A stretch of 64,000 nucleotides of DNA from Candidatus Eiseniibacteriota bacterium (lineage in GTDB: Bacteria; Eisenbacteria; RBG-16-71-46), in contig CAVZLN010000003.1 in NCBI GenBank assembly GCA_963776245.1, positions 1,088,001-1,152,000 on the forward strand, read 5' to 3'. How positions within the stretch are numbered: the first letter of the stretch is position 1; the number at the start of each line of letters is the position of its first letter. The notes under the pieces are model-generated. The model ran no database searches. It was not told the DNA's origin and was given only the letters and a program-made list of their open reading frames with translations. This document shows positions 30,451-40,807 of the stretch, in pieces. The position numbers and the translations under genes are program-made.

Positions 30451-31779
30451 CTACTGCGGCACCCCCGCCTCGCCCGCCACCTCGCGCGTCACCGCGTTCG
30501 CCCGGGCGATGCGTGCGAACAGGTCCGCGCTGCGGGTGCGCGTGCGCGTCTTCCCGGGGGCATCGAAGTCGACGCGATAGAGCCCGAAGCGGCCCTCGAA
30601 GCCATCCGCCCATTCGAAGTTGTCCAGCAGCGACCAGTGCAGGTAGCCGAGCACGGCGGCGCCGCGGTCCATCGCGCGGCCCATGTGGAGCACGTGCTCG
30701 ACCAGCGCGCGCGGACGGAACGCGTCAGCCGCGTCGGCGAAGCCGTTCTCGGTCACCAGCACCGGCACGCCGGTCGCCACGAACGCGCGCACGATGGCGT
30801 CCTCGAAGCCGCGCGGGTGGATCTCCCAGCCGAGGTCGGTGACCGGCGCGCCGCGGCGGGCGACGTGCGGCACGCGGGCGAACATGCGCACGCCCCAGCG
30901 CGTGTAGTAGTTGAGCCCGATCCAGTCGAGGGTGCGCTCGAGGCCGGGAACCTCCCGCCGCACGGCGCGTGCCCCCGGGACGCTCAGGTGGATCCCCCCG
31001 CCGACCGGCGCGCGGAGCACCGCCGCGTTGAAGACCGCGTCCTCGATCCGCGTCCGCAGCACGTCGAACGGGGACCAGCGTCGCGCCGGCTCGAGCGTCA
31101 CGAGGTTCTTGGCGAAGCCGACCCGTGCGGGCTGCCCGTCGCCGTCGGCGTCGGCCGGGTCGTCGTCGTGGAGCACGTGGTACGCGCGGCCGTGGGCCTC
31201 GAGCAGGTTCGCGATCACGCCCAGCGCGGCGCTGTCGTCGCGCTCCGCGGGCGGCCAGATGCCCTCGGAGTAGGCTCGGAACGCGTACACCTCAGGCTCG
31301 TTGATGGTGCACCACCAGTCCACCTGCGCGCCGTACTCGCGCGCGCAGAAGCGCGCGAACTCGGTGAAGCGGTCGATGGTCTCGCGGCTCTCCCAGCCGC
31401 CGCGGTCGGCCACCCACAGCGGCAGCGTGAAGTGGAACAGCGTCACGCACGGCTCGAGGCCGCGGTCGCGCAGCGCCCCGAGCACATCGTGATAGTGCGC
31501 GACGGCGGCGGGGTCGATGCGGCCGCGCTCGGGCTCGATGCGGCTCCACTCGAGCGAGAGACGGTGCATGGTGTGGCCGTCGGCCGCGGCGAGATCGAAG
31601 TCGCGCTCGAAGAACTCGTGGTGGCGGCACGCGTCGCCGCTGCGGTCGCCGCGGCGGATCCGCCCCGGCAGCTGCTCGAACCGCCACCAGTCGTTGGCGT
31701 GGTTGCCGCCCTCGACCTGGTGCGCGGAGGTCGCGGCGCCCCAGTGGAACCCGGGCGGAAACGTGCGCGGTGCGCTCAT
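30451..31779 (-). CDS. Glycoside hydrolase family 1 (beta-glucosidase)
   Basis: FHWGAATSAHQVEG, TINEP, VTENG, WSLLDNFEW. Confidence 0.95.
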   Translation of the reverse strand: MSAPRTFPPGFHWGAATSAHQVEGGNHANDWWRFEQLPGRIRRGDRSGDACRHHEFFERDFDLAAADGHTMHRLSLEWSRIEPERGRIDPAAVAHYHDVLGALRDRGLEPCVTLFHFTLPLWVADRGGWESRETIDRFTEFARFCAREYGAQVDWWCTINEPEVYAFRAYSEGIWPPAERDDSAALGVIANLLEAHGRAYHVLHDDDPADADGDGQPARVGFAKNLVTLEPARRWSPFDVLRTRIEDAVFNAAVLRAPVGGGIHLSVPGARAVRREVPGLERTLDWIGLNYYTRWGVRMFARVPHVARRGAPVTDLGWEIHPRGFEDAIVRAFVATGVPVLVTENGFADAADAFRPRALVEHVLHMGRAMDRGAAVLGYLHWSLLDNFEWADGFEGRFGLYRVDFDAPGKTRTRTRSADLFARIARANAVTREVAGEAGVPQ

Positions 31780-31804
31780 GGCGGGACAACGTATCATGCC
31801 GGTC

Positions 31805-32701
31805 ATGCGGCGGGTGGCGGCGCATCTCGGAGACGGCTGGCGCGCGGTCGCGGCGCCCGGATGGCTGGCGGAATGGGAGCCACGCCCCTTCGACCTCGGG
31901 GACGGCGTGACCGAGGTGGTGACGATGGGCGAGGGACCGCCGCTGGTGCTGCTGCCGCCGCTGCCGGGCTGGAAGGAGGCCTGGGCCGCCTGCGCCGCGC
32001 TCCTCGCGCGCCGCTTCCACGTGGTCACCTTCGACCTGAGGGTGCGCTATCCCCCGGGGGACCGCTGGGCGCGCTGCGTCGCCGACACCCTGCGCGTGGC
32101 GGACGCGCTGGCGCCCGGGCGCTTCGGCCTGGTGGGGCACTCACTCGGGGGCGCGCTGGCGCAGCAGGTCGCGCTCGCCCATCCCGGGCGGGTGGCGGCG
32201 GTCGTGCTCTCGAGCACCTTCGCGCGCGTCGCCTCTCCGCGCGGCACGAGGGCGAAGCGCCTGATCGAGCAGCCTCTGGTGCTGGCGAGCCAGCGCCTGC
32301 TGCCCGAGTCGCTGGCGGCCCCGCTCGCACGGCACCTCGCCGGGCGCGGGGCGTGGGTGTACGACCCGTGCTGCGACGAGCGCGTGCTGGCGCTGGTGCG
32401 CCACGCGATCCGCCGCGCGCCGGTCCGCGACGCGGCGGTCATGGTGCGGCTCGCGCTCGGCCACGACGCGCGCGCCGCCCTGGCGTCGCTCGCCGTGCCG
32501 GCGCTGGTGATCCGCGGCGAACGCGAGAGCGCGTTCGTGGTCGAAGCCGCGGCCGAGTTGATGGCCCTGCTGCCGCGCGCGGAGAGCGCGGTGCTGCCCG
32601 GCGTCGGCCACCTGAGCCCGCTCTCGGCGCCCGCCGCGTTCGCCGCGCGGGTCGCGGCGTTCATCGCGACGCACCTTCCGGGGCCCGCGGGCGCGTGCTA
32701 G
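31805..32701 (+). CDS. Alpha/beta-fold hydrolase
   Basis: GHSLGG nucleophile elbow, C-terminal PGVGH; start uncertain (31796/31805). Confidence 0.85.
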   Translation: MRRVAAHLGDGWRAVAAPGWLAEWEPRPFDLGDGVTEVVTMGEGPPLVLLPPLPGWKEAWAACAALLARRFHVVTFDLRVRYPPGDRWARCVADTLRVADALAPGRFGLVGHSLGGALAQQVALAHPGRVAAVVLSSTFARVASPRGTRAKRLIEQPLVLASQRLLPESLAAPLARHLAGRGAWVYDPCCDERVLALVRHAIRRAPVRDAAVMVRLALGHDARAALASLAVPALVIRGERESAFVVEAAAELMALLPRAESAVLPGVGHLSPLSAPAAFAARVAAFIATHLPGPAGAC

Positions 32702-32710
32702 CGTCCGGCC

Positions 32711-33985
32711 GTGAACGCGTCCTCCTCCCGCGGCCTCTCCGACCGCTTCCGCGCGCTGCGCCATCCGAACTTCCGCCTCTACTGGAGCGGACAACTCGTG
32801 TCGCTGGTGGGCACGTGGATGCAGAGCGTGGCGCAGGGCTGGCTGATGCATCGCCTGACGTCGTCGGCGTTCATGCTCGGCCTGCTCTCGTTCATGCAGT
32901 TCCTGCCGGTGATGCTGCTCGCGCTGTGGGCGGGGGTGGTGGTCGACCGCGTCGATCGGCGCCGTCTCATCCTGGTCACCCAGTGCGGGTTCCTGGTCCA
33001 GGCCACGCTGCTCGCGATCCTCACCACCAGCGGACACGTGCAGCCCTGGATGCTCCTGTCGCTCGCATTCCTGTTCGGCATCTTCAACGCGTTCGACCTT
33101 CCATCGCGCCAGTCCTTCGTCGTGGACCTGGTGGGGAGGGACGACCTCTCGAACGGGATCGCGCTGAATTCGGCGGCCTTCAACGTCGCGCGCATCGTCG
33201 GGCCGGCGGTGGCCGGCGTGCTGCTCGCGACGATCGGCGAGCAGGGCTGCTTCTGGATCAACGCGCTGTCGTACGTCGCGGTGCTCGCGAGCCTGCTCGC
33301 GCTGCGCCTGCCCCCGCGCCAGCCGTCCCCCGGCTCGCGCGACGCGGTGGCGTTCCTGCGCGAGGGGGTGAGCTACGCGTGGCACACCCCGGGCCTGCGG
33401 AACCTGCTCCTGCTGCTGGGCGTGTGCGCGGGCATCGGGTTCCAGTACATGGTGCTGCTGCCGGTGTACGCGCGCGACATCCTGCGGTCGGGGCCGCAGA
33501 CCTACGGCCTGATGGTCGCGGCGTTCGGGATCGGATCGCTCGCTTCGGCGGTGCTCATGACCCGCCGGCTCGACCGCTGGGCGCTGCGCCGGCATCTGCT
33601 CGTCGGGCTCGCCACCGGCGGAGCCGGCCTCGGGATCTTCGCGTGGTCGCGCGTGCTCGCGCTCACGCTCGCGGGCGGCCTGCTCGCCGGCTTCGGGCTC
33701 ATCCTCTACGTGTCGAGCACCAACGTGCTCATCCAGATGACCACCGAGGACCGCTTCCGCGGGCGGGTGATGAGCCTCTACACGCTGCTGTTCGTCGGCA
33801 CCGCGCCGTTCGGCGCCCTGCTCACCGGCACCATCGCTCAGCGCGCCGGTGCGCCGGTCGCCACCTCGCTCAACGCGGTGGTGCTGCTCGGCGGCGCGCT
33901 TTGGGTGTCCCACCGGCTGCGGGCGCTGGCGGCGCGCGAGCTGCCCGAGGGCGCGCCTCCGCCGCTCGGGGATAGCGTGCGCTGA
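32711..33985 (+). CDS. MFS transporter (MFS_3/DUF894-like)
   Basis: FRLYWSGQLVSLVGTWMQ, DRVDRRR, FRGRVMS; about 12 TMs. Confidence 0.93.
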   Translation: MNASSSRGLSDRFRALRHPNFRLYWSGQLVSLVGTWMQSVAQGWLMHRLTSSAFMLGLLSFMQFLPVMLLALWAGVVVDRVDRRRLILVTQCGFLVQATLLAILTTSGHVQPWMLLSLAFLFGIFNAFDLPSRQSFVVDLVGRDDLSNGIALNSAAFNVARIVGPAVAGVLLATIGEQGCFWINALSYVAVLASLLALRLPPRQPSPGSRDAVAFLREGVSYAWHTPGLRNLLLLLGVCAGIGFQYMVLLPVYARDILRSGPQTYGLMVAAFGIGSLASAVLMTRRLDRWALRRHLLVGLATGGAGLGIFAWSRVLALTLAGGLLAGFGLILYVSSTNVLIQMTTEDRFRGRVMSLYTLLFVGTAPFGALLTGTIAQRAGAPVATSLNAVVLLGGALWVSHRLRALAARELPEGAPPPLGDSVR

Positions 33986-34015
33986 ACCGCGGCCGGGGGG
34001 CCGGCCGGCCCGGCT

Positions 34016-35032
34016 TCAGCCGCTCGCCGAGTACAGCCGCCGCAGGGAGTCGTCGCGGTGCGCCGCGAACAGGGAGCCCAGAGCCGCCCCCCACAGATCG
34101 GACTTCGGCAGGCGCGGGCGCCTCACGCCCCACGGGAACTCGGGATCGCGACGCGCGTGGCGCAGCGAGCCGAGCGCCCACAGCGCGGGCCACAGGCAGA
34201 ACAGCCGGTAGCGCACGTGGCGCGCCGGGACCAGGGCGAGGTAGTCGGGCACCCGTCCGAGCGCGGCGCGAGCGAGCGCTTCGAGTCGCGCGGCCAGCTC
34301 GCGCACGCCGGGCCGGCTGCCGTCCACCAGGTCGGCGGGCGCCAGCCCGTGGGCCTCGAGCCACGCCGCCGGCACGTGGCAGCGCCCGCGCCGCAGATCG
34401 TTCGGCCAGTCGAGCAGGATGTTGGTGAGCTGGAGCGCCTCGCCCACGTCGCGCGCCAGCGCCAGGCGGCGCGCCTCGCGATCGGGCGCCACCGGCGCGC
34501 GCCGCGCGTGGAGCCGGGTGAGCATCACGCCCACGCAGCCGGCCACCACCCAGCAGTAGTCGTGCAGTTCGGCCTCGTCGTCGAGGTAGGGCGCGGTGGC
34601 GCTGCGCGTGGCGGCCCGCGCGGCGTAGCGGCGCATGCCGGACGCGAGCGTGGTCACGCACTCGGCGACGATGTCCCGGTCGCCCCCGGGAAGCGCGCGG
34701 AACACCCGCCACACCCGCGGCAACTGCGCGATCAACTCGAGGTCGTGCCCGCCGGCGGCGCGTGGCGCGGCGGCGCGCGCGAGCGCGTCGGCCGCGGAGG
34801 CATCGCCCGCGACGGCGGCGAGCAGCGCGTCGAAGCGCCCCTCGATGCCGGCGGGAGTGCCCGGCCACGAGTCCTCGAGCGCGTCCGCGGCACGGCACAG
34901 CAGGTAGGCCGAACGGACCGCCGCCGCCATCGGGCCGCTGAGCAGGCGGATGTCGAGCGCGAAGGTGCGCGACACGCGGGGCAAGACATCGCGGCAGAAA
35001 CGCGCGTCCTGGCGGGATGGGGAGGAGGTCAT
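34016..35032 (-). CDS. Squalene/phytoene synthase family protein
   Basis: LPRVSRTFAL, YLLCRAADALED, YCWVVAGCVG, LQLTNILLD..ND..RGRC. Confidence 0.88.
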   Translation of the reverse strand: MTSSPSRQDARFCRDVLPRVSRTFALDIRLLSGPMAAAVRSAYLLCRAADALEDSWPGTPAGIEGRFDALLAAVAGDASAADALARAAAPRAAGGHDLELIAQLPRVWRVFRALPGGDRDIVAECVTTLASGMRRYAARAATRSATAPYLDDEAELHDYCWVVAGCVGVMLTRLHARRAPVAPDREARRLALARDVGEALQLTNILLDWPNDLRRGRCHVPAAWLEAHGLAPADLVDGSRPGVRELAARLEALARAALGRVPDYLALVPARHVRYRLFCLWPALWALGSLRHARRDPEFPWGVRRPRLPKSDLWGAALGSLFAAHRDDSLRRLYSASG

Positions 35033-35310
35033 GGCGGCAGCGAAGCGTAGCACCGTGACCGACCCGACCTCCAGCGCCGGAGAGGCGAGGGCGCGCCGCG
35101 AGCGAGCCGCGCGGGAGGTCGTTTTCCCATTCCCAAACTCCCCCGGTCGTGCTAGAGTTCCGCCCCGTTCCCGCCCAGACCCCCCACGTCGACGGCGCGC
35201 CTGATGATCGATCGGCTTCGGCGTGTCGTCATGCCGTGGATGCTGGGTGCAGACCCGGCCGGTCCGCGAGCCTTTCGGCTCGCTCCGGCGCCCGCAGACT
35301 CCGAGGATCC

Positions 35311-36243
35311 ATGCCGTCCCACCGCGCGTCCGCCATCGTGTCGCGTCTCGGGTTCACGACCGCCCTGCTCGTGTTCGGGTTGATCGTCATCGGCTCGGTC
35401 GTGAGGACCACCGGATCGGGGCTCGCCTGTCCCGACTGGCCGCTGTGCCACGGGCGGCTGATCCCGCCGTTCCAATTCAACGTGCTGGTGGAGTGGTTCC
35501 ATCGCCTGGTGGCCCTGATGGTGAGCCTGCTGCTGTTCGCCACGGTCGGCACGGTGATGCTCGACCGCGAGACGCGCGCCCGGCTCGGCGGGCTGGCGCT
35601 GCTCGCGGCCGGGCTGCTGTGCGTGCAGGTGCTGCTCGGCGCTCTCACGGTGTGGAAGCTGCTGAGCCCGGGGGTGGTGAGCAGCCACCTCGCGGTCGCG
35701 CTGCTGCTGTTCACGACCCTGCTCGCGCTCGCGCTGGCGGCGGGCCGTGACGCCGAGGACGAAGCACCGTCACGGGCCGAGCGCCCCGCGGGCCTGCTGC
35801 CGCTGTGCGGCGCGGCGGCCGCGATGGTGTACGCGCAGGCGGTGCTCGGCGGCACGGTGAGCTCCAGCGGCGCGGCCCTTGCGTGCGCGGAATGGCCGAC
35901 CTGCAACGGCGAGTGGTTCCCGCCGCTCGCCGGCCTGGTGGGGCTCCAGGTGATGCACCGCCTCGGGGGCTACGCGGTGATGCTGGCGGCCGTGGCGGTC
36001 GCGCTCGCCGCGCGCCGGGCGCCCGACGCCGGCGTGCGCGCCGGGGCCCGGTTGGCGCTCGGCCTGACCGCGGCGCAACTGGTGCTCGGGGTGTGCAATG
36101 TGTTCCTCGGTGCGCCGACATGGCTCTCGGCGATGCATCTCGCGAACGCCGCCGCGATCCTGGCGCTGATGGTGATCGTCACCTTCCGAGTCGCGCGCCT
36201 GCCCGCGCGCCGCACGCGGCTGGTTCCGGCGGAGGCGCGGTGA
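35311..36243 (+). CDS. ctaA: Heme A synthase (COX15/CtaA)
   Basis: GSGLACPDWPLC, EWFHR, second ACAEWPTC and MHR motifs. Confidence 0.9.
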   Translation: MPSHRASAIVSRLGFTTALLVFGLIVIGSVVRTTGSGLACPDWPLCHGRLIPPFQFNVLVEWFHRLVALMVSLLLFATVGTVMLDRETRARLGGLALLAAGLLCVQVLLGALTVWKLLSPGVVSSHLAVALLLFTTLLALALAAGRDAEDEAPSRAERPAGLLPLCGAAAAMVYAQAVLGGTVSSSGAALACAEWPTCNGEWFPPLAGLVGLQVMHRLGGYAVMLAAVAVALAARRAPDAGVRAGARLALGLTAAQLVLGVCNVFLGAPTWLSAMHLANAAAILALMVIVTFRVARLPARRTRLVPAEAR

Positions 36244-37151
36244 CGATCGCGATCGCGCATGTCAGCGGGCGCCGCACGGCGCTCGCGTACCTCGAGCTCA
36301 CCAAGCCGCGCATCCTGCTGCTGGTGCTGATGACCGCGCTCCCCACCCTGCTGCTGGCCGCCCGCGGCTTCCCCGCGCCGGCGAAGTTCTTCGGTACGCT
36401 GATCGGCATCGCGTTCGCGAGCGCCGCGGCGGCGGCATTCAACCACTACGTCGACCGCGACATCGACGGCCTGATGCGGCGCACGGCGTCGCGCCCGCTG
36501 CCGAGCGGCACGCTGCCGCCCTCCGCGGCCGCCGGGCTCGGGTTCGTGCTCACCGGGCTGGCGTGGGTCACGCTGCTGGCGTGCGGCAATCTGCTCGCCG
36601 CGATCCTCGGCCAGCTCGCGATCGTGTACTACGCGGTGGTGTACACCCTGTGGCTCAAGCGTCGCACCCCGCACAACATCGTCATCGGCGGCGGTGCGGG
36701 AGCAGCGGCGCCGCTCATCGCGTGGGCCTCGGTGACTGGCACTCTCGGGCTGCCCGCGGTGGTGCTGTCGTCGATCGTGTTCCTCTGGACGCCGCCGCAC
36801 TTCTGGGCCCTCGCGCTCTACCGCCACGAGGACTACGCGCGCGCCGGTATCCCGATGCTGCCGGTCACGCACGGTGACGCCGCGACGCGGCGCGCCATCC
36901 TGCTCTACACGCTGGCGCTGGTGCCGGTGACGCTCGCGCTCCAGCCGCTCGGCATCGCGGGTCCGGTGTACACCGTGCCGGCGGCGCTGCTGGGCGCGAC
37001 GTTCATCGGTCTCGCCGCGCGGCTGGCGCGCAGCGCCAGCCCGAAACACGCCATCGGGCTGTTCGCGTACTCCATCCTGTACCTGTTCGCGCTCTACCTG
37101 GCCCTCACCCTCGACGCCGTCGGCGCCGCGCTCCGCGCGGCGCGGATGTAG
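36240..37151 (+). CDS. ctaB: Protoheme IX farnesyltransferase (heme O synthase)
   Basis: LTKPR, DRDIDGLMRRTASRPLP, FLWTPPHFWAL, DYARAGIPMLP. Confidence 0.95.
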   Translation: MTIAIAHVSGRRTALAYLELTKPRILLLVLMTALPTLLLAARGFPAPAKFFGTLIGIAFASAAAAAFNHYVDRDIDGLMRRTASRPLPSGTLPPSAAAGLGFVLTGLAWVTLLACGNLLAAILGQLAIVYYAVVYTLWLKRRTPHNIVIGGGAGAAAPLIAWASVTGTLGLPAVVLSSIVFLWTPPHFWALALYRHEDYARAGIPMLPVTHGDAATRRAILLYTLALVPVTLALQPLGIAGPVYTVPAALLGATFIGLAARLARSASPKHAIGLFAYSILYLFALYLALTLDAVGAALRAARM

Positions 37152-37288
37152 ATGTCGGGACCCGATCGGAGCCGTCCGCCCCGGCTCACCGCCGACGACT
37201 GGATCCCCGCGGCGGGTTGCCCGCGCGCGGAACACTCCGCCGACCCCACGGCACGGAGCGCCCGCTCCGTGCAGCCCCACCAGGAGCG

Positions 37289-38318
37289 ATGATGACCTCA
37301 CGCTGGACCCCGGCAGGCCGCTGGCGCGCGGCCGCACTCGGACTCGCGGCGCTCGCCGTGCTCCCGGGCTGCGCCCCGACCGCACTACCCTCAGAGCGCC
37401 CTGCACCCCGAGTCCGACTACGCGCGCCTGATCCAGGGGCTGATCGACCAGCAGGTGTTCTGGGTCACGGTGATCTTCACCGTGGTGCTCGGACTCCTGA
37501 TCTTCGTGGTCGCGCGCTTCCGCGAGCGCCCGGGTGCCCCGGAGCCCGTGCCGGTGCACGGCAACACGGCGCTCGAGATCGCCTGGACGCTGGGGCCGGT
37601 CATCATCCTCGCGCTGGTCGCGGTGCCGACCGTGCAGGTCATCTTCAAGACCCAGACCCATCCGCCGGCGGGCGCGGTGCACGTGAAGGCCATCGGCCAC
37701 CAGTGGTGGTGGGAGTTCCAGTACCCCGAGCTGGGCGTGGTCACGGGCAGCGAGATGCACGTCCCGGTCGGCCGGCCGGTCATCGTCGAGATCGAGACGG
37801 CCGACGTGCTGCACTCGTTCTGGTTCCCGGCCATGGGGGGCAAGCGCGACGCGATCCCGGGGCGCACCAACCGCATGTGGTTCACCGCCGACACGACCGG
37901 GACGTTCCCCGGCCAGTGCGCCGAGCTGTGCGGGGTCTCGCACGCCAACATGCGCATGAAGCTGTTCGTGCAGACCCCGGCGGAATTCGACGCCTGGGTC
38001 GCGGCGCAGAAGGCGCCGCCGGTCGAGCCCGATTCGGGCTCGGTGCCCTGGCAGGGCAAGCAGTTGTTCGCGCAGAGCGCGTGCATCGGATGCCACGCCA
38101 TCCAGGGCGTGTCGGTGGGCACGCTCGGGCCCGAACCTGACCCATGTCGGCAGCCGCAGCGCCGCTCGCGGGGGCGATCTTCGAGAACACGCCCGAGCAG
38201 ATGGCCCGCTGGATCGCCGACCCGCCGACCCGCAAGCCCGGCTCGCTCATGCCGAATCTCGGACTGACCCCCGACCAGGTGCACCTGCCTGGTCGCCTAC
38301 CTGCAGAGCCTCCAGTAG
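37289..38318 (+). CDS. coxB: Cytochrome c oxidase subunit II with fused cytochrome c (caa3-type), four apparent frameshifts
   Basis: Lipobox LPGC; HQWWWEF, DVLHSFW, CAELCGVSHANM (CuA), CIGCH (heme c), GPNLTH, KPGSLMP; frame breaks near 37380, 38130, 38161, 38289. Confidence 0.88.
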
Positions 38319-38347
38319 GCCCGCGCGGACGCATGGAGACCCATCGC

Positions 38348-40159
38348 ATGGCCACCACCGCCGCCCCGGTCCACGCCCCGGCCCACACGCGGAACGGACC
38401 GTGGAGCTGGATCACCACGGTCGATCACAAGCGCATCGGCGTGATGTACGGCATCACCGCGTTCGTGTTCTTCCTCGTCGGCGGTCTCGAGGCCGTCGCG
38501 ATCCGCATCCAGCTGATGAAGCCCGAGAACGACTTCATCAGCCCGGATTTCTACAACCAGATGTTCACCATGCACGGCACGACGATGATCTTCCTCGCCG
38601 TGATGCCGCTCTCGGCCGCGTTCTTCAACTTCCTCATCCCGCTCATGATCGGCGCGCGCGACGTCGCGTTCCCGCGGCTCAACGCGTTCTCGCTACTGGA
38701 TCTACCTGTTCGGCGCGATCTTCCTGAACCTGCTCGTTCGTCTTCGGCGGCGCGCCCAACGCCGGCTGGTTCGGCTACTCGAACCTGACGTCGACCCAGT
38801 ATTCGCCCGGCCACGGCGTGGACTTCTGGGCGGTGGGCCTGCAGATCCTCGGCATCGGCTCGCTCGCCGCGGCGTTCAACTTCATCGTCACCATCCTCAA
38901 TCTGCGCGCGCCCGGCATGAAGCTCATGCGCATGCCGCCGTTCGTCTGGATGACGCTGGTGACCGCGTTCCTGCTCATCCTGGCGTTCCCGGTCATCACC
39001 GTGGCGCTGATCCTGCTGCTGTTCGACCGCATGACCGGCACCAACTTCTTCGTGCCGGCGGCCGGGCGCCGATCCGCTGCTGTGGCAGCACCTGTTCTGG
39101 CTGTTCGGCCATCCCGAGGTCTACATCCTGATCCTGCCGGCGATGGGCATCGTCTCCGAGGTGCTGCCGACGTTCTCGCGCAAGCCGCTGTTCGGCTACC
39201 CGGTGGTGGTGTACTCGGGCATCTTCATCGGCTTCATGGGCTGGGGCGTGTGGAGCCACCACATGTTCGCGGTCGGGCTCGGGCCGCTGGCCGATTCGTT
39301 CTTCGCGCTCACCACCATGCTCATCGCCATCCCCACCGGCGTGAAGATCTTCAACTGGATCGCGACCATGTGGGGCGGGCGCATCCGGCTCGCGCACCGC
39401 CGATGCTGTTCGCGATCGGCTTCATCGGCGTTGTTCACCATGGGCGGGCTGTCCGGCTTCATGCACGCCTCGCCGCCGTCGGACCTGCAGCAGACCGACA
39501 CCTACTTCGTCGTGGCGCACATCCATTACGTGCTGTTCGGCGGCGCGGTGATGGGCATCTTCGCGGGGATCTACTACTGGTTCCCCAAGATGACCGGGCG
39601 ATTCCTCGACGAGCGCCTGGGCAAGGTGCACTTCTGGCTCATGACCCTGGCGATGAACGTGACGTTCTTCCCGATGCACTTCGTCGGGCTGCTCGGCATG
39701 CCGCGGCGCATCTACACGTACGCGCCGAACATGGGCTTCGACGCGTACAACATGCTCGCCACCGTCGGCGCGTTCGGGATCGTGGTCGCGGTGCTGGTGT
39801 TCCTGTGGAACTTCGCGGTCAGTGTGCGCGGGGGCGCGCCCGCCGCCGCGGACCCGTGGGGCGGCGCCTCGCTCGAGTGGGCGATCTCCTCGCCGCCGCC
39901 GGTCTACAACTTCGGCACCATCCCGCAGGTCCACAGCCGCGACCCGCTGTGGCACCAGTCGAGCCGCGCCGCGGCGCTCGCCGGCAACGAGGTGCACGGC
40001 CCGATCCACATGCCCCCCGACTCGTACTGGCCGGTGGTCGCGGCGCTGGGGATCACGATGCTCCTCGCCGGGATGATCTTCGGCTGGTGGGTCGGCATCC
40101 CAGGACTGACGCTGACGCTGCTCGGCATCTACGCATGGGCCTTCGAGCCGTGTGCGTGA
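38348..40159 (+). CDS. coxA: Cytochrome c oxidase subunit I (type A1), apparent frameshifts
   Basis: DHKRIG, MHGTTM, FGHPEVY, WSHHMF, AHIHYV, GMPRR; frame breaks near 38693, 38733, 39066, 39395, 39427. Confidence 0.92.
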
Positions 40160-40190
40160 CGCGCCCGGCCCCGAACCAGGAGGATTGACC

Positions 40191-40797
40191 GTGTCCACCG
40201 CCGCCGCCGCGCACCCCGGTGCGCACGACGCGCCTCGCACCAGCACCGGGCTCGACAGCCGGAAGATGCTGTTCTGGGCCTTCCTGGGCTCGGAATGCAT
40301 GTTCTTCGGCACGCTGATCGCGACCTATCTCGTCTACCGGGGCCGCGACACCATCGGCCCGCATCCGCATGAGATCCTGAACATCCCGCTCACCTCGGTG
40401 AGCGCGTTCGTGCTGCTCATGTCGAGCCTGACCATGGTGCTCGCGCTCGCCTCGATCCAGCGCGGCGACCGCGCGCGGTACGACGGGCTGGCTCGGCGCC
40501 ACCGCCGCGCTGGGCGCGACGTTCGTCGGGGGGCAGGTCTACGAGTTCACCCACTTCGTGCACGAAGGGCTGACGCTCCAGACCAACCTGTTCGGCTCCA
40601 CCTTCTTCGTGCTCACCGGCTTCCACGGCACGCACGTGACGGTGGGGGTGATCTGGCTGCTCACGCTCATGTCCATGTCGGCGCGCGGCAAGCTCGGCTC
40701 GGAGCGCGCCCTCGACGTCGAGATCGCCGGTCTCTACTGGCACTTCGTCGACGTGGTCTGGATCGCGATCTTCACCCTCGTCTATCTCATCCAGTAG
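40191..40797 (+). CDS. coxC: Cytochrome c oxidase subunit III, one apparent frameshift
   Basis: FLGSECMFF, LTGFHGTHV, GLYWHFVDVVW; AGGAGGA RBS; break near 40479. Confidence 0.9.
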
Positions 40798-40807
40798 GGG
40801 GGCGACC

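Noticed and set aside
29794..33975. Very long alternative-frame ORFs (also 15839-19423, 60470-63220, 11748-13625 and others)
   Set aside because: Arg/Ala/Pro-rich shadow ORFs expected in very high-GC DNA; they overlap well-supported genes and have no motifs.
35201..35207. CTGATGA hammerhead core
   Set aside because: No matching GAAA and stem arrangement nearby.
37289..40797. Pseudogenised or programmed-frameshift cytochrome oxidase
   Set aside because: No nonsense codons or slippery sites, all ligands intact and all breaks are insertions; sequencing error is the simpler explanation.
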